Shown here piece after piece: positions 56,566 through 64,000 of a stretch of DNA of 64,000 nucleotides; the first letter of the stretch is position 1; the number at the start of each line of letters is the position of its first letter. Location: positions 14,782 to 78,781 of the forward strand of contig JBKEDF010000075.1 in assembly GCA_047975325.1 (NCBI GenBank). Direction: 5' to 3'. The DNA comes from Pseudorhodobacter sp. GTDB lineage: Bacteria > Pseudomonadota > Alphaproteobacteria > Rhodobacterales > Rhodobacteraceae. Both the position numbers and the translations under genes were made by a program. A model generated the notes under the pieces. The model saw only the letters and a program-made list of their open reading frames with translations. It made no database searches and was not told where the DNA came from.

Positions 56566-57434
56566 GCCTGCGCGAACGACTGGCTGCACCACAAATCCTG
56601 CTGGCCCCCGGGGTCTATGACCCGCTGACCGCCGCCCTTGCCGAACAGGCCGGGTTCGAGGCGCTTTACCTTTCCGGCGCGGCCGTTGCCTATACGCGGC
56701 TTGGCCGGCCGGATATCGGCCTGTCCACCCAGACGGAAATGGCCGAAACCATGGCCCTTATCCGCGATCGGGTTGCCCTGCCCGTCGTCATCGATGCCGA
56801 TACCGGCTTTGGCAACGCGCTGAATGCACAAAGGACGATGCGGATCTATGAACGCGCCGGGGCCAATGCGCTGCAGATCGAGGATCAGACATTTCCCAAA
56901 CGTTGCGGCCACCTGTCCGACAAATCCCTGATCTCCACCAGCGAAATGGCGGGCAAGATTGCCGCCATGGCCGATACGCGCGCCTCGGATGCAACTCTTA
57001 TCATCGCGCGCACGGATGCGATCGCGGTGGAAGGTTTTGACGCTGCGGTTGACCGCGCGGGCCAGTATCTTGAGGCCGGCGCAGATGCCCTGTTCATCGA
57101 AGCGCCACGCGACGGCGCGGAACTGGCACGGGTGGCACAAACTTTCAAGGGACGGGCACCGCTGATGGCCAATATGGTCGAAGGCGGGACCACCCCGATT
57201 TCGTCGGCCTCCGAACTGGAAAAGGTCGGCTTTGATCTGGTGATCTTCCCCGGCGGTATCGTGCGCGCCCTGGCCAATACCGCACGGGACTATTATGCCA
57301 GCCTGCATGCCAACGGATCCAACCGGCCCTTCGCGGACCGGATGCTTGATTTCGACGGGCTGAATGCGCTGATCGGCACCAATGAGATGCTTGCCACGGG
57401 TGCACGTTTCGCCAACCGGAAACCGAAACCGTGA
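56562..57434 (+). CDS. isocitrate lyase / PEP mutase-family protein (second copy)
   Basis: DADTGFGN and EDQTFPKRCGH motifs. Aligns by eye along its length with the 47534-48403 product. Confidence 0.85.
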   Translation: MSLRERLAAPQILLAPGVYDPLTAALAEQAGFEALYLSGAAVAYTRLGRPDIGLSTQTEMAETMALIRDRVALPVVIDADTGFGNALNAQRTMRIYERAGANALQIEDQTFPKRCGHLSDKSLISTSEMAGKIAAMADTRASDATLIIARTDAIAVEGFDAAVDRAGQYLEAGADALFIEAPRDGAELARVAQTFKGRAPLMANMVEGGTTPISSASELEKVGFDLVIFPGGIVRALANTARDYYASLHANGSNRPFADRMLDFDGLNALIGTNEMLATGARFANRKPKP

Positions 57435-58810
57435 TCCGTCCCTCCCCCGACCGGTTCGAGGCCCATGTCGGGACATTGATCATCGGTGCCGGCGCCTGCG
57501 GGATGATCGCCGCCCTTGCCGCGACAGAGGCCGGGCAGGAGGTCATGGTACTGGAACGTGACCCGATCCCCACCGGGTCAACCGCCCTGTCGGCAGGGTT
57601 GATCCCCGCAGCCGGGACCCGCTGGCAAAAGGCGCTTGGCATCGCCGATGATCCCGACCGGTTTGCCGATGATATCCAGCGCAAGGCCCATGGCGAAAAC
57701 GATCCGGCACTGGTTGCAGCCCTGACCCGAGGCGCGGCAGGCGTGGTGGAATGGCTGGCCGACCACCACGGCCTGCCCTTCAGCCTCGTTTCGGATTTCG
57801 ACTATCCCGGTCACAGCCATCGCCGGATGCACGGGCTGCCTTCGCGTTCGGGTCAGGAACTGGTCGATGCGCTGCGCACAGCCTGTGAAACGGCCGGTAT
57901 CGACATTCTTTGCAACGCGCCCGTCACCACGGTTTTCGCAACTGGTGACAGGGTACGCGGGGTTGGGATCACCCGCCCGGATGGCAGCGAAGACCAGATC
58001 GGCTGTGACCGGCTAATCCTGGCGTGCAACGGTTTTGGCGGCAATGCCGCGATGGTGGCTGAACACATGCCGGATATCGCCGCCGCGCTTTATTTCGGCC
58101 ATGACGGCAATCAGGGCGATGCGATGATCTGGGGGCAGGCACTGGGCGGCGCCATTCGTCACCCGGGCGCCTATCAGGGCCATGGCAATGTCGCGCATCC
58201 TCATGGCATCCTGATTTCATGGGCCGTGATCACCCAGGGCGGATTTCAGGTCAATCACGAAGGACGACGGTTCTGGAACGAGGCGCAGGGCTATTCCGAG
58301 GCGGCCCGCGCGGTCATGGCCCAGCCGGGTGGCGAAGCTTTCGCAATCTTCGACAACCGCATCGCCAATATTGCCCGGCAATTCGCGGATTTCCGCAATG
58401 CGGAGGCGCAGGGTGCGATTCGTCAGGCCCCCGACACCCCCACCCTTGCGGATCTTCTGTCGCTTCCCGCATCCGCCCTGGAGGAAACACTGGCGGAGGT
58501 AACAGCCGCCAGCGCCGGACACACTGATCGCTTCGGACGTGACTGGTCGGGAACCACATTGTTGACGGCCCCGTTTTGCGCCGTGCGGGTGACGGGCGCC
58601 CTGTTTCACACCCAGGGCGGGCTGGTCACCGATGGGACGGGGCGGGTACAGCGCCAGGGCGGCGGGGCATTACCCAACCTCTGGGCCGGCGGTGGCGCCG
58701 CCTGCGGCGTTTCCGGCAGGGGCGATTCAGGCTACCTTTCAGGCAACGGCCTGCTTGCGGCCTGCGTTCTGGGCCGGGCGGCGGGCATGGACACATCGGC
58801 AACGGAATGA
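57431..58810 (+). CDS. FAD-dependent oxidoreductase (second copy; fumarate reductase/KstD-like)
   Basis: TLIIGAGACGMIAALAATEAG...ERDPIPTGST dinucleotide fold and a C-terminal LWAGGG motif. Paralogous to the 45462-46823 product. Confidence 0.85.
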   Translation: MIRPSPDRFEAHVGTLIIGAGACGMIAALAATEAGQEVMVLERDPIPTGSTALSAGLIPAAGTRWQKALGIADDPDRFADDIQRKAHGENDPALVAALTRGAAGVVEWLADHHGLPFSLVSDFDYPGHSHRRMHGLPSRSGQELVDALRTACETAGIDILCNAPVTTVFATGDRVRGVGITRPDGSEDQIGCDRLILACNGFGGNAAMVAEHMPDIAAALYFGHDGNQGDAMIWGQALGGAIRHPGAYQGHGNVAHPHGILISWAVITQGGFQVNHEGRRFWNEAQGYSEAARAVMAQPGGEAFAIFDNRIANIARQFADFRNAEAQGAIRQAPDTPTLADLLSLPASALEETLAEVTAASAGHTDRFGRDWSGTTLLTAPFCAVRVTGALFHTQGGLVTDGTGRVQRQGGGALPNLWAGGGAACGVSGRGDSGYLSGNGLLAACVLGRAAGMDTSATE

Positions 58811-58826
58811 GCGGGCATCGCCTACC

Positions 58827-59501
58827 CTACCGGGCAAAGGCGCGCTGGAAACGCAGCTCCAGCCATCCGGTCAACCGAACCAGCGGCCAAAGCATGGCCA
58901 CATAAATCAGCGCCGCACCGATCAGCGGGGTTGGATTGGCAAAAAGCGCCTGGGCATCTGTCGCCTGTTTCAACAGATCCGACATGGCAACGACCGAAGC
59001 CAGCGAGGTGTCCTTGATGATGCTGACGCAATTGGAGGCATGCGGCGGGATCACGATCCGCATGGTCTGTGGCAGGATCACCTTGCGCATCGTCAGCCAG
59101 AAACCGACACCAAGGGCCGAGGCCGCTTCGAACTGCCCTTTCGGCACGGCCTGGATCCCGGCCCGCATCACCTCCGCCGTATAGGCCCCGAGCACCATCG
59201 AAAGTGCGATCGCGGCCGCCGCAAAGGAAGACAGCACGATCCCGGCAAAGGGCAGGGCGTAATAGATCAGGATCAGCACCACCAATACCGGCATGGCGCG
59301 CATCAGATCGGTATAGCCAATGGCCAGAAGCTGGATCGGCCGGGGGGCATAAAGGCGCAACATGGCCACGCCAAGGCCCAGAAACGTTCCCACGACAATC
59401 GCGGTCATGCCCAGCACGATCGTCATGCCCAGCCCCCGCAACAGGATCGGGAAAGATCTGCGCATCACATCCGCATTGAAGAAAATATCTATGGCGTCCA
59501 T
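58827..59501 (-). CDS. amino-acid ABC transporter permease (His/Glu/Gln/Arg/opine family)
   Basis: 224 aa with the EAA-loop region (EAASALGVGFWLTMRKVILPQ). Confidence 0.85.
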   Translation of the reverse strand: MDAIDIFFNADVMRRSFPILLRGLGMTIVLGMTAIVVGTFLGLGVAMLRLYAPRPIQLLAIGYTDLMRAMPVLVVLILIYYALPFAGIVLSSFAAAAIALSMVLGAYTAEVMRAGIQAVPKGQFEAASALGVGFWLTMRKVILPQTMRIVIPPHASNCVSIIKDTSLASVVAMSDLLKQATDAQALFANPTPLIGAALIYVAMLWPLVRLTGWLELRFQRAFAR

Positions 59502-59598
59502 GGCGTTTCCTTCATGATATCGCAGGCGGCAGGCATGACCGGACCCACCCGCCTGAACGAACAGACGGATGGGCCTGCGGCCTATTCCTGCATTGAAA

Positions 59599-60405
59599 TC
59601 AGTTGGCGGATGTCGGTACCGGCATCGGCGTCACGGTATAGCTGCCCTCGGCGGGTGCCACGCCCATCCACTTTTCATAAAACGTGGCCATCGTGCCATC
59701 GGTCTTCATGTCAGAGATGATCTGGTTCACCTGCTCCAGGATTTCGGCATCCTTGGGCATCATCATCGCGAATTTTTCACCGGTTTCGATTTCGGTGCCC
59801 ACGGTCAGCCCCTTCATCTGGGTAAAGGCATAACGCAGGCCCACGACATCGTTGACCACCGCATCGACCCGACCATTAAGCAGATCAGTCAGCATGTTCG
59901 CGGTTGTGTCATAGCTCTTGTAATCGGAAAAACCGATTTCCCCGGCCTTTTCCTTCAACCAGTTTTCACCAAAGGAGGTGGCGACGGAACCCACGATCTT
60001 GCCCTTCAACCCTTCAACCGAATCGATCTCCGATCCTTCCTTGACCCCGACGCCAAGCGCACCCGCGAAATAGGGCTGGGTAAAGGACTGACTTTGCAGA
60101 CGTTCATCCGTGATCGTCAGCGAGGAGATCACCATATCCACGCGCCGCGAGGCCGAGGCGACGAAAAGCGCCTTGAAATCCATGCTTTCGATATTGGCGG
60201 TGGTACCCATCCGCTTGGCGATCTCGCGGACGATATCGACTTCAAATCCTTCGAATTCTCCGCTTTCGGTCTTGTTTTCCCAGGGCGGATTGGTCGGATA
60301 GGATCCGACGCGAAGCGGATCCTGCGCATGGGCCGAAAACGGCACCACAAGCCCGAGGGCTAACCCGGCCAGAAGTCCCAGGCTGAAGCGGCGGGATGGC
60401 ATCAT
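59599..60405 (-). CDS. amino-acid ABC transporter substrate-binding protein (family 3)
   Basis: Signal peptide ending AHAQ, then family-3 SBP sequence (FEGFEVDIVREIAKRMG...ISSLTITDER). CAGGAGG lies upstream of the ATG. Confidence 0.85.
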   Translation of the reverse strand: MMPSRRFSLGLLAGLALGLVVPFSAHAQDPLRVGSYPTNPPWENKTESGEFEGFEVDIVREIAKRMGTTANIESMDFKALFVASASRRVDMVISSLTITDERLQSQSFTQPYFAGALGVGVKEGSEIDSVEGLKGKIVGSVATSFGENWLKEKAGEIGFSDYKSYDTTANMLTDLLNGRVDAVVNDVVGLRYAFTQMKGLTVGTEIETGEKFAMMMPKDAEILEQVNQIISDMKTDGTMATFYEKWMGVAPAEGSYTVTPMPVPTSAN

Positions 60406-60549
60406 GAAAACCTCCTGTTGTTTGTGCCGGGCGTTTTATCTTCGCTGATTGCCCGGTTATGGGCGCAATGGTGCCATAACACAAAATGTTTTCAAGGGAT
60501 ATTTCGAGCTCAAAATTGTTTTCATGGCTCGTCCCGGTGGCCAGATGCC

Positions 60550-60930
60550 CTATTCGGTTATCTGATCCGTGGTTTTTGCCGAACGCGCCGTCAAGGGAGG
60601 TACAAGACGACCCAGGCGGGGTTCAGCCGCATCTTCCGGGGCGCCATGCCGTTTCTCAAGACTGGGTTCGCCGGGGATCGCGGGATTGTCATCCATCCCG
60701 ATCACGCGGCGAAAGATCAGCATGTGCTGGGTGCTCATCTTTGAGCCGGTAAAGCCGGATCTTTCCTCACAGGGCAGGGTATCGGCACGCAGATATTCCC
60801 AGCCCTCCGCCCCCAGCCGGTTCATCACACTTGTCAGCGCCCGGGCAAAACGGTCCTGTGTCGTCTTGAGGCCCTTTGCCTTTTCCCCCCGTATCGGGGC
60901 CGGCACGACCTTGTATTCAAATCTCGTCAT
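60550..60930 (-). CDS. DUF4177 domain protein
   Basis: The N-terminal MTRFEYKVV...LNRLGAEGWEY pattern is typical of DUF4177. The C-terminal tail is low-complexity. Confidence 0.65.
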   Translation of the reverse strand: MTRFEYKVVPAPIRGEKAKGLKTTQDRFARALTSVMNRLGAEGWEYLRADTLPCEERSGFTGSKMSTQHMLIFRRVIGMDDNPAIPGEPSLEKRHGAPEDAAEPRLGRLVPPLTARSAKTTDQITE

Positions 60931-61128
60931 CGGCCTTTTCCCCTATCGGATGCGCGATCCCGCAACCTGCCTGACGGCAACCGGATCCATGATCCGCAGG
61001 CCGCGCTTTCTTCCACAAAAACGCGACAGTCTATAGCGCAAGACAATCGGTGGCGAAAGGGGGCGGACCGGCAAGGGGGCGCTTATGGCATGTTTTCGCG
61101 ATGCCAGTCGCGCGGCAAATGCACCCGT

Positions 61129-62640
61129 TCAGAGGCCCAGCTTTTGTTTCACCAACTGATTTACCATCTGCGGGGCAGCCTTGCCGCCGCTGGCCTTGAT
61201 GACCTGCCCCACGAACCAGCCCGCAAGTTTCGGGTTCTGCCTGGCCTTTTCCACCTGGGCAGGATTGGCTGCAATGATTTCATCCACCGCTGCTTCGATC
61301 GCGCCGGTATCGGTAACCTGTTTCATGCCGCGCGCAGCGGCGATCTCGGCGGGATCACCACCTTCGGTCCAGACGATTTCAAACAGGTCCTTGGCCATCT
61401 TGCCCGAGATTTCACCCGATCCGATCAGATCAAGGATCCCGCCAAGCTGGGCCGCCGATACCGGGGTATCCGCAATATCCAGCCCTTCCTTGTTGAGCCG
61501 TCCGAAAAGTTCATTGATAACCCAGTTCGCGGCCTGTTTCCCGTCACGTCCCCCGGCCACGGATTCAAAGAAATCCGCCGCATCCAGTTCAGCCGTCAGC
61601 ACATTGGCATCGTAATCCGTTACCCCGAAATCCCCCATGAAGCGGGCCTTCTTGGCATCAGGCAATTCGGGCATGGAGGCCGCGATCTGATCAACCCATT
61701 CCTGTTCGATCTCCAGTGGCAACAGGTCCGGGCAGGGGAAATAGCGGTAATCATGCGCCTCTTCCTTGGATCGCATGGACCGCGTTTCCCCCTTGTCGGG
61801 ATCATAAAGGCGGGTTTCCTGTTCCACCTCACCCCCATCTTCGAGGATTGCAATCTGGCGGCGCGCCTCATGATCAATGGCCTGCTGGATAAAGCGCATG
61901 GAATTCATGTTCTTGATCTCGCACCGCGTGCCAAGATGGGAAAAATCCTGTGTTTCCTGATATTTCTCATATTGCCCGGGACGGCAGACCGAAACATTGA
62001 CATCGGCCCGCAGGTTGCCGTTTTGCATATTGCCGTCGCAGGTCCCCAGATAACGCAGGATCTGCCGCAGCTTGGTGACATAGGCCGCCGCCTCCTCCGG
62101 GCCGCGAATATCGGGACGGGAAACGATTTCCATCAACGCAACGCCGGTCCGGTTGAAATCGACGAAGGACAGGTTCGGATCCATGTCATGGATCGACTTG
62201 CCGGCATCCTGTTCAAGGTGGATCCGTTCGATCCGTACCAGCCGCGCGACACCCGGCCCCATTTCGACGACCACCTCACCTTCACCCACGATCGGATGAT
62301 ACAACTGGCTGATCTGATAACCCTGCGGCAGGTCGGGATAGAAATAATTCTTGCGGTCAAATGCCGAACGAAGGTGGATTTGCGCCTTCAGCCCCAGCCC
62401 GGAACGCACAGCCTGTTCAACACAGTAGTCATTGATGACGGGCAGCATCCCCGGCATGGCGCAATCGACGAAGGACACGTTGGAATTCGGTTCCGCCCCC
62501 ACGGCTGTCGAGGCACCGGAAAACAGCTTGGCATTGGAAGAAACCTGGGCGTGGATTTCCATCCCGATAACCAGTTCCCAATCATGTTTCGCGCCCGCGA
62601 TCACCTTGGGTTTCGGGGTCTCATAGCTCAGATCCAGCAT
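61129..62640 (-). CDS. gatB: Asp-tRNA(Asn)/Glu-tRNA(Gln) amidotransferase subunit B
   Basis: Full-length match to GatB as I know it ([37 protein letters not shown]-terminal YqeY-like domain). Confidence 0.95.
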   Translation of the reverse strand: MLDLSYETPKPKVIAGAKHDWELVIGMEIHAQVSSNAKLFSGASTAVGAEPNSNVSFVDCAMPGMLPVINDYCVEQAVRSGLGLKAQIHLRSAFDRKNYFYPDLPQGYQISQLYHPIVGEGEVVVEMGPGVARLVRIERIHLEQDAGKSIHDMDPNLSFVDFNRTGVALMEIVSRPDIRGPEEAAAYVTKLRQILRYLGTCDGNMQNGNLRADVNVSVCRPGQYEKYQETQDFSHLGTRCEIKNMNSMRFIQQAIDHEARRQIAILEDGGEVEQETRLYDPDKGETRSMRSKEEAHDYRYFPCPDLLPLEIEQEWVDQIAASMPELPDAKKARFMGDFGVTDYDANVLTAELDAADFFESVAGGRDGKQAANWVINELFGRLNKEGLDIADTPVSAAQLGGILDLIGSGEISGKMAKDLFEIVWTEGGDPAEIAAARGMKQVTDTGAIEAAVDEIIAANPAQVEKARQNPKLAGWFVGQVIKASGGKAAPQMVNQLVKQKLGL

Positions 62641-62710
62641 TTCCGCATCCCGTCTTGCTTTGCCCCGTCTCTATGCCAGCGGCGCGGGCGGTTCAAGTCG
62701 GCGCTAAAGA

Positions 62711-63238
62711 TCAGCGCAGGCGGAAAGCGATCTTGACTTCCTCCAGCGCATCCTTTTGCAGGGGCGACAAGGTTCCGGCGGCAGTGGCCGCATCGCGCAG
62801 CACTGCCATCAACGGATCGAACCCTTCGCCACCCTGCAGGTTCCGCAACCGTTTCAACAACCGCGTAAAGGCCGGAGCCCCGCCATTTGACTGCTGCGAA
62901 AGCCAGCGTCCCATGATCAGGGCCTCATCGGCCTCACCCGTGGTCATGGTGAACCGGGTTTCCAGCGATCTGGCCAGTTCCCTGTACTGTTCTTCCGACG
63001 GCAAGGCCCCGATTTCCAGAAAGGCCACCCCCGCCCCGGCGATGGCAAGGCGCGGATCCTCCACCGCATCGACCGGATGGATATTGGTTTTCCGGCGAAA
63101 CCCGAAACGGCGGGCAGCGGCCATCACATCCCCCGCCATATCGGCCATTTCCCCGGCCATGTCCGCCGCGTTCCGTGCCCGCACCATCCAGAAATAAACG
63201 GCGCCAGCCAAGGCAAGAAGGCCCAATAGATATGGCAT
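62711..63238 (-). CDS. membrane-anchored TerB-like / DjlA-N-terminal-like hypothetical protein
   Basis: One N-terminal TM helix (MPYLLGLLALAGAVYFWMV) followed by a helical domain. The family assignment is tentative. Start is ATG at 63238 or GTG at 63250. Confidence 0.5.
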   Translation of the reverse strand: MPYLLGLLALAGAVYFWMVRARNAADMAGEMADMAGDVMAAARRFGFRRKTNIHPVDAVEDPRLAIAGAGVAFLEIGALPSEEQYRELARSLETRFTMTTGEADEALIMGRWLSQQSNGGAPAFTRLLKRLRNLQGGEGFDPLMAVLRDAATAAGTLSPLQKDALEEVKIAFRLR

Positions 63239-63414
63239 GTCCACCCCCACACAACAAACAGCGGTGGATCATAGGTACAATTCGGCACCACGGCAATATG
63301 GAACCCCAAATCAGCTTCAAATGCCCTATAATTATTGACGGGATCGCATGGCACGGCTAAGGCCATGTACCAAGGTTTGTTGATTCATTAGATAATCTTG
63401 CGGGGGCCATTGCC

Positions 63415-64000
63415 GTGTTTGGTGGCATTATTTATCTCATTGCAGATCTGTTGATTCTGGGTGGTATCCTCTATCTGTTGATATCCCAATCACGTCTGAA
63501 ACGCCGGATCAGGACACTCGAAGGGCAGCTTTCCACCCACAGGCCAGCACCGGGCCCGGACATGGCCCAAAGCCCCGATACCGTGCCGCGCCCCGCCGCC
63601 GCGACTGGCAACAAGGTTGATGCCGAACTCGGGGGCCAAAGCGTTGAAAAAACCGCACCAATTCCAAGACCGCAGGTATCGGAACCTGCCCCGCCCGACG
63701 ATCACCCCCACGCCTTCGTCTTCAGCACCGACAAGCTGCAAGCCCTTGGGCAATGGCTGCGCGGAAACTGGCCCCTGGCCCTGGCCGGGCTGTCCCTGGC
63801 CCTGGCGGGGGTCTTCATGGTGCAATACGGTGTCGAAAACGGGCTGCTGACGCCATTCTGGCGGGTCATGGGGGCGCTTGGCCTTGGCGCAGCACTTATT
63901 ACCGGCGGTGAGGTGATCCGCCGCCGTCATGGCGATGACACTGATGAACCCACGCGCTTTCTGCCTTCCACGCTTTCCGCGGCGGGGTTGATTGCGCTCT
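63415..64000 (+). CDS. DUF2339-like polytopic membrane protein, 5' part (runs off the window)
   Basis: Not on the ORF track because no stop is reached. The frame is open from 63361, with a GTG at 63415. It encodes an N-terminal TM helix, a Pro-rich linker, then LQALGQWLRGNWPLALAGLSLALAGVFMVQYGVENGLLTPFWRV, which is typical of DUF2339 proteins. Confidence 0.55.
   Translation, partial: MFGGIIYLIADLLILGGILYLLISQSRLKRRIRTLEGQLSTHRPAPGPDMAQSPDTVPRPAAATGNKVDAELGGQSVEKTAPIPRPQVSEPAPPDDHPHAFVFSTDKLQALGQWLRGNWPLALAGLSLALAGVFMVQYGVENGLLTPFWRVMGALGLGAALITGGEVIRRRHGDDTDEPTRFLPSTLSAAGLIAL

Noticed and set aside
61090-62736. 548-aa ORF on the plus strand
   Set aside because: It lies fully antisense to an unmistakable gatB. 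Its composition is low-complexity and rich in Arg, Gly, His and Pro, which is typical of a non-coding frame in high-GC DNA.
1-64000. Search for CRISPR arrays, IS elements or transposases, integrases, tRNA/rRNA genes, toxin-antitoxin pairs and restriction-modification genes
   Set aside because: None was recognised on either strand by reading the ORF translations and the intergenic regions. The only non-coding RNA gene supported is ffs. Quantitative GC-skew and codon-usage scans were not possible here and would be needed to exclude subtle islands.

Overview
High-GC, densely coding alphaproteobacterial segment; the protein families look Rhodobacterales-like, but that is judged by eye only. I saw no IS element, integrase, tRNA, rRNA or CRISPR array. 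Gene order from left to right is as follows. (1) A CpdB-like nucleotidase, a HAD hydrolase and an SRP RNA gene (ffs) that the ORF track cannot show. (2) A FecCD/BtuCDF-type metal-chelate ABC importer joined to a DUF364 protein and two tandem small paralogous ORFs. (3) serB. (4) tamA-tamB. (5) A YihY/BrkB protein. (6) A yjbH-yjbF-yjbE-like exopolysaccharide export cluster plus a CapD-type sugar dehydratase. (7) A GntR-controlled TRAP transporter and dehydrogenase (sugar-acid-like) locus. (8) The iron-associated imelysin / di-haem DUF1111 / imelysin / DUF1513 cluster. (9) A solitary 629-aa gene that fuses an intact trypsin-like serine protease to an intact DNA/RNA non-specific (EndoG/NucA-type) endonuclease. 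(10) A catabolic supercluster of about 22 kb at 36.2-58.8 kb. It holds one TRAP system, two MmgE/PrpD proteins, a LeuCD-like dehydratase, two permuted paralogous triads (PEP-mutase/isocitrate-lyase + isochorismatase-like + FAD oxidoreductase), HyuB/HyuA, a cyclic amidohydrolase, an asparaginase, a PuuE-like deacetylase and two GntR regulators. (11) An amino-acid ABC binding protein and permease with no ATPase. (12) DUF4177, gatB, a TerB-like membrane protein and the 5' part of a DUF2339 gene. The best candidate for an undescribed system is the cytoplasmic protease-nuclease fusion at 34307-36196. It is monocistronic, has no signal peptide and no immunity gene, and sits at the junction of two unrelated operon blocks. 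The many long antisense ORFs on the track are treated as high-GC artefacts.
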